Of a stretch of 18,542 nucleotides of DNA, positions 1-9,430 are shown one piece after another. The notes beneath the pieces were generated by a model. It ran no database searches, was not told where the DNA came from, and was given only the letters and a program-made list of their open reading frames with translations. Position 1 is the stretch's first letter; every line of letters starts with the position of its first letter. Origin of the DNA: Octopus sinensis. Its lineage: Eukaryota. The position numbers were made by a program, and so were the translations under genes. The stretch is from positions 1 to 18,542 of the forward strand of contig NW_021824592.1 of NCBI RefSeq assembly GCF_006345805.1, written 5' to 3'.

Positions 1-38
1 ATCCATTGCCTGGTCGATACGCTGATCCAATACAGTGA

Positions 39-97
<59 letters not shown>

Positions 98-116
98 ATC
101 TCTATCTATCTATCTA

Positions 117-180
<64 letters not shown>

Positions 181-287
181 AACATATATATATGTATATA
201 TGTGTGTGTATGTATGTATATATGTATGTATGTGTGTATGAATGCATGTATGTATGTATGTATGTATGTATGTATGTATGTATGTAT
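39..287. repeat. Compound microsatellite (TATC)n-(TC)n-(TA)n-(TATG)n
   Basis: Directly visible simple repeats; source of ORFs 35..241 and 192..395. Confidence 0.97.
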
Positions 288-391
288 ATCTCACTGCTAG
301 ACGTCCGGTACTCTCTTACAAGCCGAATCTCAATGCCAACGATGAATAGAAAAGTAAATTCGGCTGGTATACGACTTTCTGACGTCTGCGC

Positions 392-428
392 CTGAAGAAA
401 CTAGGTAGGTCGAAATCAAGTGATCAGG
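392..428 (+). ncRNA. Degenerate minimal hammerhead ribozyme-like motif (Penelope-like element relic)
   Basis: CTGAAGA (392-398), imperfect stem II, GAAA (412-415), TCA-ag-TGA stem III, TC (424-425). Stem I and the first stem II pair are not properly formed. Confidence 0.4.
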
Positions 429-700
429 TACTTCTGAGGGCTGTAGCAGACGATTCTCTTCAGCCAGCGATATAAATATATGTGCTTCTATGTATCATGC
501 GTCAGCATGAGATGTCCTCTTACGATAAATAATGCAATATTCAGCATTCAAACAAAACATCCACGTTAAGTTGGATATAAATATTGCCTTTTGATATTAA
601 TATTGCTTTCATCGCTGATAATTATACATTATATATGGATTATATATACATTATACATGTACATATTATATATGTATATAATATATGAGTGTAACTTTCA

Positions 701-1182
701 CCTTTTACTTGTTTCAGTCATTTGACTGTGGCCATGCTGGGGCACCACCTTGAAGTGTTTTTCAGTCGAACAAATCGACCCCTGGACTAATTTTTGTGTA
801 CGTATTCTATCGATCTCTTTTACCAGATTGCTACGTTGCACGGACGTAAACACCGCCACTGGCTGCAAGCAATGGTGGCAGAACAAACACAAACACAAAG
901 ACCTATACACACACAAACACAAAGACCTATACACACACACACACATACATAAAGGCCTACGCACACATATACACACACTCACATACACTCACACACACTC
1001 ACACACACACATATTGCACGACGGGCTTCTCTCAGTTTCCGTCTACCAAATCCACTCAAAAGGCTTTGGTGGGCCCGATGCTATGGTAGAAGACACATGC
1101 TCAAAGTGCCACGCTGTGGAACTGAACCCGGAACCATCTGATTGGGAAGTAATTTCTTACCCACACAATCTTGCCTCCGTCT
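701..1182 (-). mobile_element. tRNA-derived SINE, family A (octopus-type), full length with internal (CA/GT)n tract
   Basis: Minus-strand tRNA-like head 1182-1019 with B-box-like GGTTCAGTTCC (1128-1118). Internal CA repeats. The 3' part 701-890 is homologous to 5651-5840, 8686-8880 and 16770-16975; the head is homologous to 3500-3650. Confidence 0.85.
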
Positions 1183-1200
1183 ATAATTTATATATATATG

Positions 1201-1258
<58 letters not shown>

Positions 1259-1437
1259 TATATATATATATATATATATATATTTGTGTGTGTGTGTTGT
1301 GTGTGTGCGGTGTGTGTGTGTGTGGTGTGTGTGTGTGTATATATATATATATATGTTATATATGTTAGATAATATATAAATGTAATATATAATATATAAC
1401 CACTATGTATCTATATATTATGTATTATATATGTGTA

Positions 1438-1480
<43 letters not shown>
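1183..1480. repeat. (TA)n/(TG)n microsatellite complex
   Basis: Directly visible. Confidence 0.95.
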
Positions 1481-1482
<2 letters not shown>

Positions 1483-1484
<2 letters not shown>

Positions 1485-1610
1485 CCGGAGTAAAACCATA
1501 AATGTGAAACAAGGTGGAAAAAAGAGTACCCTATCAAAAACTGTCTGAATAACGCAACGAAAACTCAGAGTAACAGATTTTGTTGAATTTTCTGCTGCTT
1601 AAAATAAAGT
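1483..1610 (+). mobile_element. Short Penelope-like relic with degenerate type I hammerhead core (1541-1576) and AATAAA (1603-1608)
   Basis: CTGT-CTGAATA-acgcaac-GAAAA-CTC a GAG-TA-ACAG. Stem I CTGT/ACAG is perfect and stem III is CTC/GAG. G8 is mutated and there is an extra A. Flanked by (TA)n on both sides. Confidence 0.55.
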
Positions 1611-1700
1611 ATATATATTTATATATATATATGCATGTATGTATGGATGTATATTATATTGTATCATACACACACACACTCACACACACATATATATATA

Positions 1701-2046
1701 TGAAGGCGCATGGCTCAGTGGTTAAGAGCGTCGGCTTACGATCGTGAGGTTGTGAGCTCGAATCCCGACCGGGCTGCGTGTTGTGTTCTTGAGCAAAGCA
1801 CTTTATTTCACACGTTGCTCCAGTTCACACTCAGCTGTAGAAATGAGTTGGCGACGTCACTGGTGCCAAGCTGTATCGACCTTTGTCTTTCCCTTGATAG
1901 CACGGGTGGCGTGGGGAGGGGAGGCTGGTATGCATGGGCGACTGCTGGTCTTCCATAAACACCTTGCCCGGACTTGTGTCTAGGAGGGTAACTTTCTAGG
2001 TGCAATCCCATGGTCATTCATGACTGAAGGGGGTCTTTACCCCTTT
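1701..2046 (+). mobile_element. tRNA-derived SINE, family B, apparently full length, inserted in (TA)n
   Basis: A-box TGGCTCAGTGG (1711-1721) and B-box-like GAGCTCGAATCCC (1754-1766). The central segment matches the reverse complement of ~13800-13856. (TA)n on both flanks. Confidence 0.88.
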
Positions 2047-2047
2047 A

Positions 2048-2078
<31 letters not shown>

Positions 2079-2141
2079 TTTATTTGTGGATTAACAAGTC
2101 TACCATTGGTTTCCTGTCGTAATAAATCTGCAACAATCAGG

Positions 2142-2240
2142 CCACCACCATCACCACCGCCACCGCTACCACCAGCAACATCAACAACAGCAGCAGCAGC
2201 CCCATCACCACTACCACCACCATGAACAACAACAACAACA
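2142..2240. repeat. Degenerate trinucleotide tract (CAC/CAG/CAA)n
   Basis: Directly visible. Confidence 0.85.
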
Positions 2241-2427
2241 GTGAGGCGCAATGGCTCAGTGGTTAGGGCAGCGGACTCGCGGTCGTAAGGACGCGGTTTC
2301 GATTCCCAGACCGGGCATTGTGAGTGCTTATTGAGCAAAAGCACCTAAGTTCCCCGAGGCTCCGGCGGAGGTGGTGGTGAACCCCGTTGTACTCTTTCCC
2401 CACAACTTTCCCTCACTCTTTCTTCCT
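2241..2427 (+). mobile_element. tRNA-derived SINE, family C (OR-type), 3'-truncated
   Basis: A-box TGGCTCAGTGG (2252-2262) and B-box GGTTTCGATTCCC (2295-2307). Colinear with the reverse complement of 15521-15710. Confidence 0.88.
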
Positions 2428-2720
2428 ACCTCTTCCACGAAGCAGAGGTACCAAAGTGTAACCCACTATGGTGTGGTAAACTTTCAGGCCCTAGTCTAGA
2501 TTGCGAATCCTCTGTTCCCCAGGATGGTTCAGCTTTCCACCCGTTAAAAGCCACCGTTTACGGAATGAGGATAACAACGTAGCTTCGCACCCGTGCAACG
2601 GCCAGTCTATCGCGTGTGTTGGGTGGATCTTCAAGTTACCACATGCATGCATTCTTAGTAGCTTAGAGTAGGCTCGAATTAGAGATTATTCTTTGTGGCT
2701 AATGGCATGAGTCCTGATTG

Positions 2721-2840
2721 GAAGAAGAAGAAGAAGAAGAGAAGAAGAAGAAGAAGAAGAAGAAGAAGAGAAGAAGAAGAAGAAGAAGAAGAAGAAGAAG
2801 AAGAAGAGAAGACGACGACGACGACAACAACAACAACAAC
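2721..2840. repeat. Compound trinucleotide microsatellite (GAA)~30-(GAC)5-(AAC)5
   Basis: Directly visible; three single-base slips in the GAA tract. Confidence 0.97.
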
Positions 2841-3233
2841 ATTGAAAACAGCACCATCAGCAGCACCGCCGCCACCGTCACCCCCAACGACCACAATAAC
2901 GAGAAACCAGTAGCGCCACCAACAAAACCAAACAATACAATATAATAATAAATGGTGATATCGTTGGAAAACTTGTGTGGGAAAAATGTGAAATGCTATT
3001 CCGTCTGGATCGGTTGGTGAACGGAATCTGCATGACAATGATAGGTCCATTAAGGAGTAGGAATTAGAATATCGAACTGAGAGGAAAGGAAAATAGTTGT
3101 TTGTGCATTTGAATACAGGTCGCCGTTCGTCAATGGAAATATACTTTACTGGCAAAAACAAAGAGATGAAAAGTAGAGCACATAAAAAGAACGCGTACCT
3201 TGATCAATGAAAGTATACTTCCGTGAAAAAGGG

Positions 3234-3240
<7 letters not shown>

Positions 3241-3302
<62 letters not shown>
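3241..3302. repeat. (AG)n microsatellite
   Basis: Directly visible. Confidence 0.98.
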
Positions 3303-3304
<2 letters not shown>

Positions 3305-3499
3305 ACCGGGTAAGAACTTCGCTTCAGAATCACTAAGTCCCTGGCTGGATTCCACATTTTGGCATCTTACGTAATCACTGCGCTCCCAAAGGAACGAACA
3401 TGGGTCCTTGACACCCTTTCATCACCGTTGTCGATTCTTGGCCGTCCTCTCCCAGGTTGTGTTGCTTTTTATTCACCATCGATGCTTCTGTGACTTTGG

Positions 3500-3650
3500 T
3501 CTCTCAGTTTCCGTCTATCAAATCTACTCACGATGCTTTGGTCGGCCCGTGGGCAAGAAGATACTTGTCCACAGTGCAACGCAATGGGACTGAAACCGGA
3601 ACCACGTGGCTGAGAAATAAACTTCTTCCCACATACCCATACCCGCGCCT
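3500..3650 (-). mobile_element. Family A SINE 5' (tRNA-head) fragment
   Basis: Colinear with 1029-1182 (ctctcagtttccgtcta...ctttggt...actgaa.ccggaacca). Confidence 0.82.
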
Positions 3651-3804
3651 GATTTCTAGGTTTTCCCTAGAGTTTTGAGGGAAGAAGTATCTTTTGGAAT
3701 ATCATTTTGAATTTTTGTTGTAAGGTGTTCAGTTAATGGAAAAATTGGGAATTTATCGTCGAAACCTACAGAAAATCCTCTTACATTGTTCTCATTGTTT
3801 TTAA

Positions 3805-4625
3805 TTCCACATCAGCCCTCATCGATCATCTCACTGACTATAGAGTATTCCAGTTATGACCACCCCATCCCATTCCACCTTGTATTTCTGGCGTAGTTTA
3901 CTCGGTGGTACAATGTCGCAGTATATCCGGTTTATATACGGTAGTTTGCGATTTGAAGAAGCTTTGCCAGTTGTTGCCAACAAGTTGAGCGACTGTGTAT
4001 AGGATTCCTCTTCCCTTTGGATTATTATTATTGTTTTCTTTCAGTCCCAGATAATTATCGGTCGAGCTCACCTGTGCTCAAAAGTATTTCAGCCGTAATC
4101 CTTCCGTGTTATTCCTTCGTGCACAGAACCCAGATCCGCAGTGTCAAATATGTCCATTTTGAAGTGATTGGACTGCTATTTCTAATAGGTTGAGTACCAG
4201 ATATAAGTTTCCTCCAGGTCAGCATTGATCGGCAAAAAAAAAAACATAAAAAAGTCTGCGACTAAAATACTCCACCCTGACCAATCCGCCTTTTTCGTAG
4301 ATGCTGGAATTCGAAGGCCACATTATTCGACGTATCCGTTTCTCAGACGGTATGATGTGATTTGACTGTTATTTCTACATATGTTTAGCGCCTGATTATA
4401 GGCTCCTTTTTACTGTTTACTTACAGCTGTTGATGTTATATAGCCCCAGGTCAGCCCTGATCGAGTAAACCTGTGATTAAATATATTTCTACTGTGATCC
4501 TCATATCTTTTTCGTTTGCGTATGGGACATTATCCTTTTTATAAAACGTTTGAAGTGTGATTTAAGGTAGATTTCGTTGCTATTTCTAACAAGTCGAGTG
4601 ACAACTTGGAGGTTCCTAGGAGACT
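3805..4625 (-). repeat. Four degenerate head-to-tail ~200-bp repeat units (probable old retroposon fragments); partial fifth copy at 5052-5155
   Basis: Motif ccaggtcagccctgatcga at ~3812, 4046, 4214 and 4444. Motif gatttgactgctatttctaacaagtcgagtgac at ~3962, 4166, 4359 and 4570. Strand is inferred from adjacent TTG/ATT tracts. Confidence 0.65.
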
Positions 4626-5156
4626 GGCTCATCTTTCGCTGAAGCGTGAAATCGTGGTGTTTGTCAGAAAAGCTACTTTAATAAATAAAACACAAAATAT
4701 AACATAAACTATAAATACAAATAATGATCGTCTGCTTTCTTCCATTATGCCTTATTCTACTCAAATATCATTTTACCCGTCTTTCCTTTCGTAACAATAT
4801 AGAACACGACACGCGTTTATCATCTCTCGGCAGCCGCTATGTCTACAGAGTCGACTCGATGGGACATATCACCAGATCAAAGTCAATTCCCATATTTCTA
4901 AATATCGATTTTTCTTGTGCATAAGAAATTGGACGTCACAGCCGGCCGAATCCCTCGTTTCAGCACCACAAGCCAAGAGGGTGTCAGCACTTTATTGTTG
5001 TTGTTGTTGCAGTTGCTTCTGTTGCTGTTGTTGTTGTTATTGTTGATGCTGTTAGCATTGGTTAACCCTGATCTTGTACATCTATGAACATAACCATCTA
5101 ACCATGATCATCCTGTTTTATGTTCAAACATTTACTAGGATCAAATTATACAATGT

Positions 5157-5266
5157 AGACGCAAGCATGTCCGACTGATTAAAGTGTTCACTCCGGATTC
5201 ACAAAGTCCCAAGTTCGATCTCACCATGTGACACTTTAAGTAATTATTTCTTCCGATATCCTGGGG
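5157..5266 (+). mobile_element. Highly decayed tRNA-derived SINE head
   Basis: B-box-like AAGTTCGATCTC (5211-5222) and weak similarity to the family A head. Confidence 0.4.
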
Positions 5267-5614
5267 TTTTTTGTTGTAATTGTTATTGTTGTTTGTCTCA
5301 CGTCAAATTTGATTGAAACCTAGGACCATAGTCACTCCAGCGTAACTAATTGTTTTTTTTTCCGGAATATATATAATATTACAATGTCTAATGATGGTGT
5401 CCTTCTTTCTTTCAAATATGGTAATGTGTAAGCTGAAAAGATTTATGGTCCTCAGTTTTAGCAGATCGGATAACAACGGTTGGTTCAACTCCTTAATTGG
5501 TTCGTCAACGTTTCGTTTATTCTATCAATATACTGTCTGTGGTCTGGATATGAATACATACATGCATAAAATACATAAACTACATATACCTTCCTACCTA
5601 CTTACCAACATATA

Positions 5615-5650
<36 letters not shown>

Positions 5651-5651
<1 letters not shown>

Positions 5652-5840
5652 TTCTATTTGTTTCAGTCATTTGATTGCGGCCATGCAGGAGCACCGCCTT
5701 TAGTCGAGCAAATCGACCCCACGACTTATTTTTTGTAAGCTTAGTACTTATTCTATCGGTGTCTCTTGCCGAAACGCTAAGTGACGGAGACGTAAACACA
5801 CCAGCATCGGTTGTCAAATGATGTTGGGGGCACAAACACA
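5651..5840 (-). mobile_element. Family A SINE 3' portion
   Basis: Colinear with 701-890 (tgtttcagtcatttga..gcggccatgc.ggagcaccgcc...caaatcgacccc...ggacgtaaacac). Confidence 0.88.
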
Positions 5841-5861
5841 TACACAACACACACCACACAC

Positions 5862-5938
<77 letters not shown>

Positions 5939-6011
5939 GTATGGATATATATATATATATATATAATATGTATGGATATATATATATATATATATGTATG
6001 GATATATATAT

Positions 6012-6045
<34 letters not shown>

Positions 6046-6056
6046 GATATTTATAC

Positions 6057-6088
<32 letters not shown>

Positions 6089-6208
6089 TATATATATATT
6101 ATATATATATATATAATATATCTATTATTATATATATATACTATATATATATATTATATAATATATATATATACATTATATATATATATATATATACATA
6201 TATATATA
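5841..6208. repeat. (CA)n followed by long imperfect (TA)n
   Basis: Directly visible. Confidence 0.96.
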
Positions 6209-6244
6209 ACAAAGTAAAGTTGTAAGGTACCGCACGAATGAAAA

Positions 6245-6702
6245 TATATATATGAAAGAAGGTTTGAAAATGCAAACGTCTTTTAGGGATGTTTATTGAC
6301 TTGACCGGTTTCACTTTTTTTGTATAAGCTTTGTCATGTTAAAAATCGTTATTACAAAAGTATCAAAATACAGTTATACAGTCTTTGATAATGATAAGAA
6401 TATGTTGAAAACAGTTTACAAGGAAGGGAATACAATAAGTATTTTGAGTTTTTGTTTGGTAGTATATATACACGGAAGGAGATACAGTTAAGAATTTACA
6501 AAAAATTGGAGAGGAATAACTGACCTGTCTGTCTAAAATCTTCTGTCTTGTGTGTAGCTATACACCATTTTAACATAACAAAGCTTATACAAAGCTTTAT
6601 ATTTTACCTTTCATAATCTTTTTTCGAAAAAAGTGAAACCGATCAAGTCAATAAACATCTCTAAAATACCTTTGCATTTTCAAACCTTCTTTCATATATA
6701 TA
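6245..6702. mobile_element. Fold-back element with long terminal inverted repeats, containing hammerhead-like 3' half (Penelope-like relic or MITE)
   Basis: 6245-6320 is the reverse complement of 6627-6702 with 4 mismatches in 76 bp. An inner IR pairs 6321-6344 with 6568-6591. Each arm reads GAAACCG(G/A)TC-AAGTC-AATAAA outward. Confidence 0.75.
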
Positions 6703-6981
6703 GATGCTTGTATGTATGTATATATATATATGTATACATACATATATTCATACATATATACATACATACGTACATGCGTACATGCATACATACGTACGTA
6801 CGAACATGTATATGTTTCACAACGGCTGTAGGTTAACGTGATCAACCATAGCAGTCGAAACCTGAACGGAAAAAATTGTCGTGCACTGAGTGCATCCATT
6901 CCTACATAGTTATGTTTTGTGTGAGTGTGTGTGTGTGGCATTGATGTAGAATTGATGGTCTTTGGGTGTTTTAGTCTAAAA

Positions 6982-7270
6982 CAGTGATTCTGACAGTTGG
7001 TGGTACCACCCTCCTGGGTGGCGTTGAAGAAAGATTGGGCGATAATGGGGTGACCAAAACGGGGTAATGGATGTAAAAAAGCAAACAAAATAGTTAAGAT
7101 TCGGTTAAGATTTATTTGTGTAATACTGTTTTTAATTTGCTGCAGAAAAATGGCTTATGTCTGCGATGGTAAGCAGGTGGGGGTGGGGGTGGGGTGGGAG
7201 CTCTAGGAATGTGGCCTTAGAACCAACGAGAATTCGAAAGCGGCAGCCTGAAAAAGTTTGGGAACTACTG
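6982..7270. mobile_element. Non-autonomous hAT (Charlie-type) MITE
   Basis: Begins CAGTGATTC and ends TTTGGGAACTACTG (imperfect TIRs with CAG termini). Exact 8-bp TSD GTCTAAAA at 6974-6981 and 7271-7278, close to the Charlie NTCTAGAN target preference. Confidence 0.85.
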
Positions 7271-7575
7271 GTCTAAAACAAGGCTCTAGCTTTCAATACT
7301 TTTCTGTGGAATGGTATGACCGAAACATTTTACCTGCAACCATTGAACGAGAATGTGAAAATGATTCAGTGATTCATTTGGATGAATGACCTGCTTATGG
7401 TAATCTAAATGCCATGGGTTATCACCATCTTATGGTGAACCATGAAGGAGCTTCTGTGGATCCAGTGGCCGGAGCACACACACATACATGTTTCTGAAGA
7501 ATCATCGTTGGATGATAAAACAAGGATTTTAAATAATAGACAAGCATTAATAGCGTACTTTTCCAGCCATTGCAG

Positions 7576-7685
7576 GTAGACTGCACTCCGATGTGCAAAT
7601 GTGAAGGTAAACTACACGTAGAAGTATAAAAGAGGAAGTAGACCCCATGCTTAAGTGTAAATGACCGCGTAGACTACACGCTAAA
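7576..7685. repeat. Cryptic degenerate 31-bp tandem repeat (~3.5 units)
   Basis: GTA(G/A)AC starts at 7576, 7607, 7638 and 7669 (exact 31-bp period). Consensus is approximately GTAGACTACACGCNGAAGTGTAAATGA. Confidence 0.7.
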
Positions 7686-7714
7686 ATTGCGTCCTTTAAC
7701 ACTGGCCCCATCTT

Positions 7715-7752
<38 letters not shown>

Positions 7753-7755
<3 letters not shown>

Positions 7756-8049
7756 TATACTATTAATAAAATAGGAGAATTTGATGGACATATAGCGGTA
7801 CGTAAGCCGACTCAAGAAATCTCTAGTGCGACTATCTCTTGATGTACCCGAAGAGACCAGAACGGGTCGAAACATGTCCTGTAACCAATAAAGTCTATTA
7901 CTCATTCAATCTCCTATTTTATTAATACTGTTACCCCAACCGCCACCACGAAGTTACTGCTGTAAATCTACGCAAAACAACAGCTAATCGAAACTGTGTG
8001 GGTGCTTTACTCATCATCTATTTATATATTTTGTATAATTTCTCCAATA

Positions 8050-8100
<51 letters not shown>

Positions 8101-8191
8101 ATATTGGAGAAATTACAAAATGTATATATATATATATTATATATACATATATATGTGCACATATATATATATAATATATATATATATATAT
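7753..8191 (+). mobile_element. Copy 1 of a ~439-bp tandem duplication; IR-flanked cassette with hammerhead-like core
   Basis: IR between 7761-7784 and 7906-7927. Core CCGAAGA-GACC agaacg GGTC-GAAA-CATG-TC (7848-7878). AATAAA at 7887-7892. A second IR surrounds a TA tract at ~8029-8120. Confidence 0.7.
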
Positions 8192-8624
8192 AGGTATACT
8201 ATTAATAAATAGAGAATTTGATGGACATATATCGGGTACGTAAGCCGACTCAAGAAATCTCTAGTGCGACTATCTCTTGATGTACCCGAAGAGACCAGAA
8301 CGGGTCGAAACATGTCCTGTAACCAATAAAGTCTATTACTCATTCAATCTCCTATTTTATTATACTGTTACCCCAACCGCCACCACGAAGTTACTGCTGT
8401 AAATCTACGCAAAACCACAGCTAATCGAAACTGTGTGGGTGCTTTAACTCATCATCTATTTATATATTTTTATAATTTCTCCAATATTATATGTATATAT
8501 ATATATATAGATATAATATATATATACACATATAATATATTGGAGAAATTATACAAAATGTATATATATATATATTATATATACATATATATGTGCACAT
8601 ATATATATATATATATATATATAT
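8192..8624 (+). mobile_element. Copy 2 of the ~439-bp tandem duplication
   Basis: Near-identical to 7753-8191. The core at 8286-8316 is identical; other differences are mostly 1-2 nt indels. Confidence 0.7.
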
Positions 8625-8685
8625 CTGTATGTATTTATATATATATGTCTATATATTTATATGTATTTATGTGTATGTGTCTTTG

Positions 8686-8880
8686 AGTTTGTCCTCTACC
8701 ACCGCCTGTCAACCGTTTTTAGCTTGTTTACGTCCACGTCAATGAGCGGTTCAGCAAAAGAAACCAATATAATAAATACCAAGTTTAAAAAGTGATCATT
8801 GTGGACGAATTGTTCGATTTTCCTTTTACGGCGTTACTCCAGCATGGCCGCAGTCCAGTCACCGAAACAAGTAATTAAAA
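8686..8880 (+). mobile_element. Family A SINE 3' portion (diverged)
   Basis: tgtttacgtcc...ctccagcatggccgcagtc...gaaacaagtaa matches the reverse complement of 701-890 and 5651-5840. Confidence 0.8.
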
Positions 8881-8960
8881 CAATAAAGAAAAAGGGCGTG
8901 AGGTTAAATAGAATGCCTAGACCAAGGTAAGTATCTCAACGAAGACTTTGGCGGCTTGAA

Positions 8961-9430
8961 TCGAAACCGGCAACGAGAATTTGAAACTGGCAACGAGAAT
9001 TCGAAACCGGCAACGAGAATTTGAAACCGGCAACGAGAATTTGAAACCGGCAACGAGAATTCGAAACCGGCAACGAGAATTTGAAACTGGAAACGAAAAT
9101 TCGAAACCGGCAACGAGAATTTGAAACCGGCAACGAGAATTCGAAAGCGGCAACGAGAATTCGAAAGCGGCAACGAGAATTTGAAACCGGCAACGAACAT
9201 TTGAAACTGGCAACGAGAATTCGAAACCGGCAACGAGAATTCGAAACCGGCAACGAGAATTCGAAAGCGGCAACGAGAATTCGAAACCGGCAACGAGAAT
9301 TCGAAAGCGGCAACGAGAATTCGAAACCGGCAACGAGAATTTGAAACTGGAAACGAGAATTCGAAACCGGCAACGAGAATTTGAAACCAGCAACGAGAAT
9401 TCGAAAGCGGCAACGAGAATTCGAAACTGG
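8961..9430. repeat. Minisatellite, 23.5 copies of the 20-bp unit TCGAAACCGGCAACGAGAAT
   Basis: Perfect 20-bp phase, substitution variants only, no spacers. Confidence 0.98.

Noticed and set aside
750-1379. 209-aa ORF
   Set aside because: Antisense read-through of a SINE plus CA/TA/TG microsatellites, with a non-ATG start.
1701-1775. Functional tRNA genes at SINE heads (also 2241-2312 and 15640-15710)
   Set aside because: A and B boxes are present but no convincing acceptor stem; each continues into a shared SINE body.
2679-3161. Poly-K/R/E/T and poly-S/L ORFs
   Set aside because: Translations of the GAA/GAC/AAC microsatellite.
8961-9430. CRISPR-like array
   Set aside because: Units are contiguous with no unique spacers, there are no cas genes, and the context is eukaryotic.
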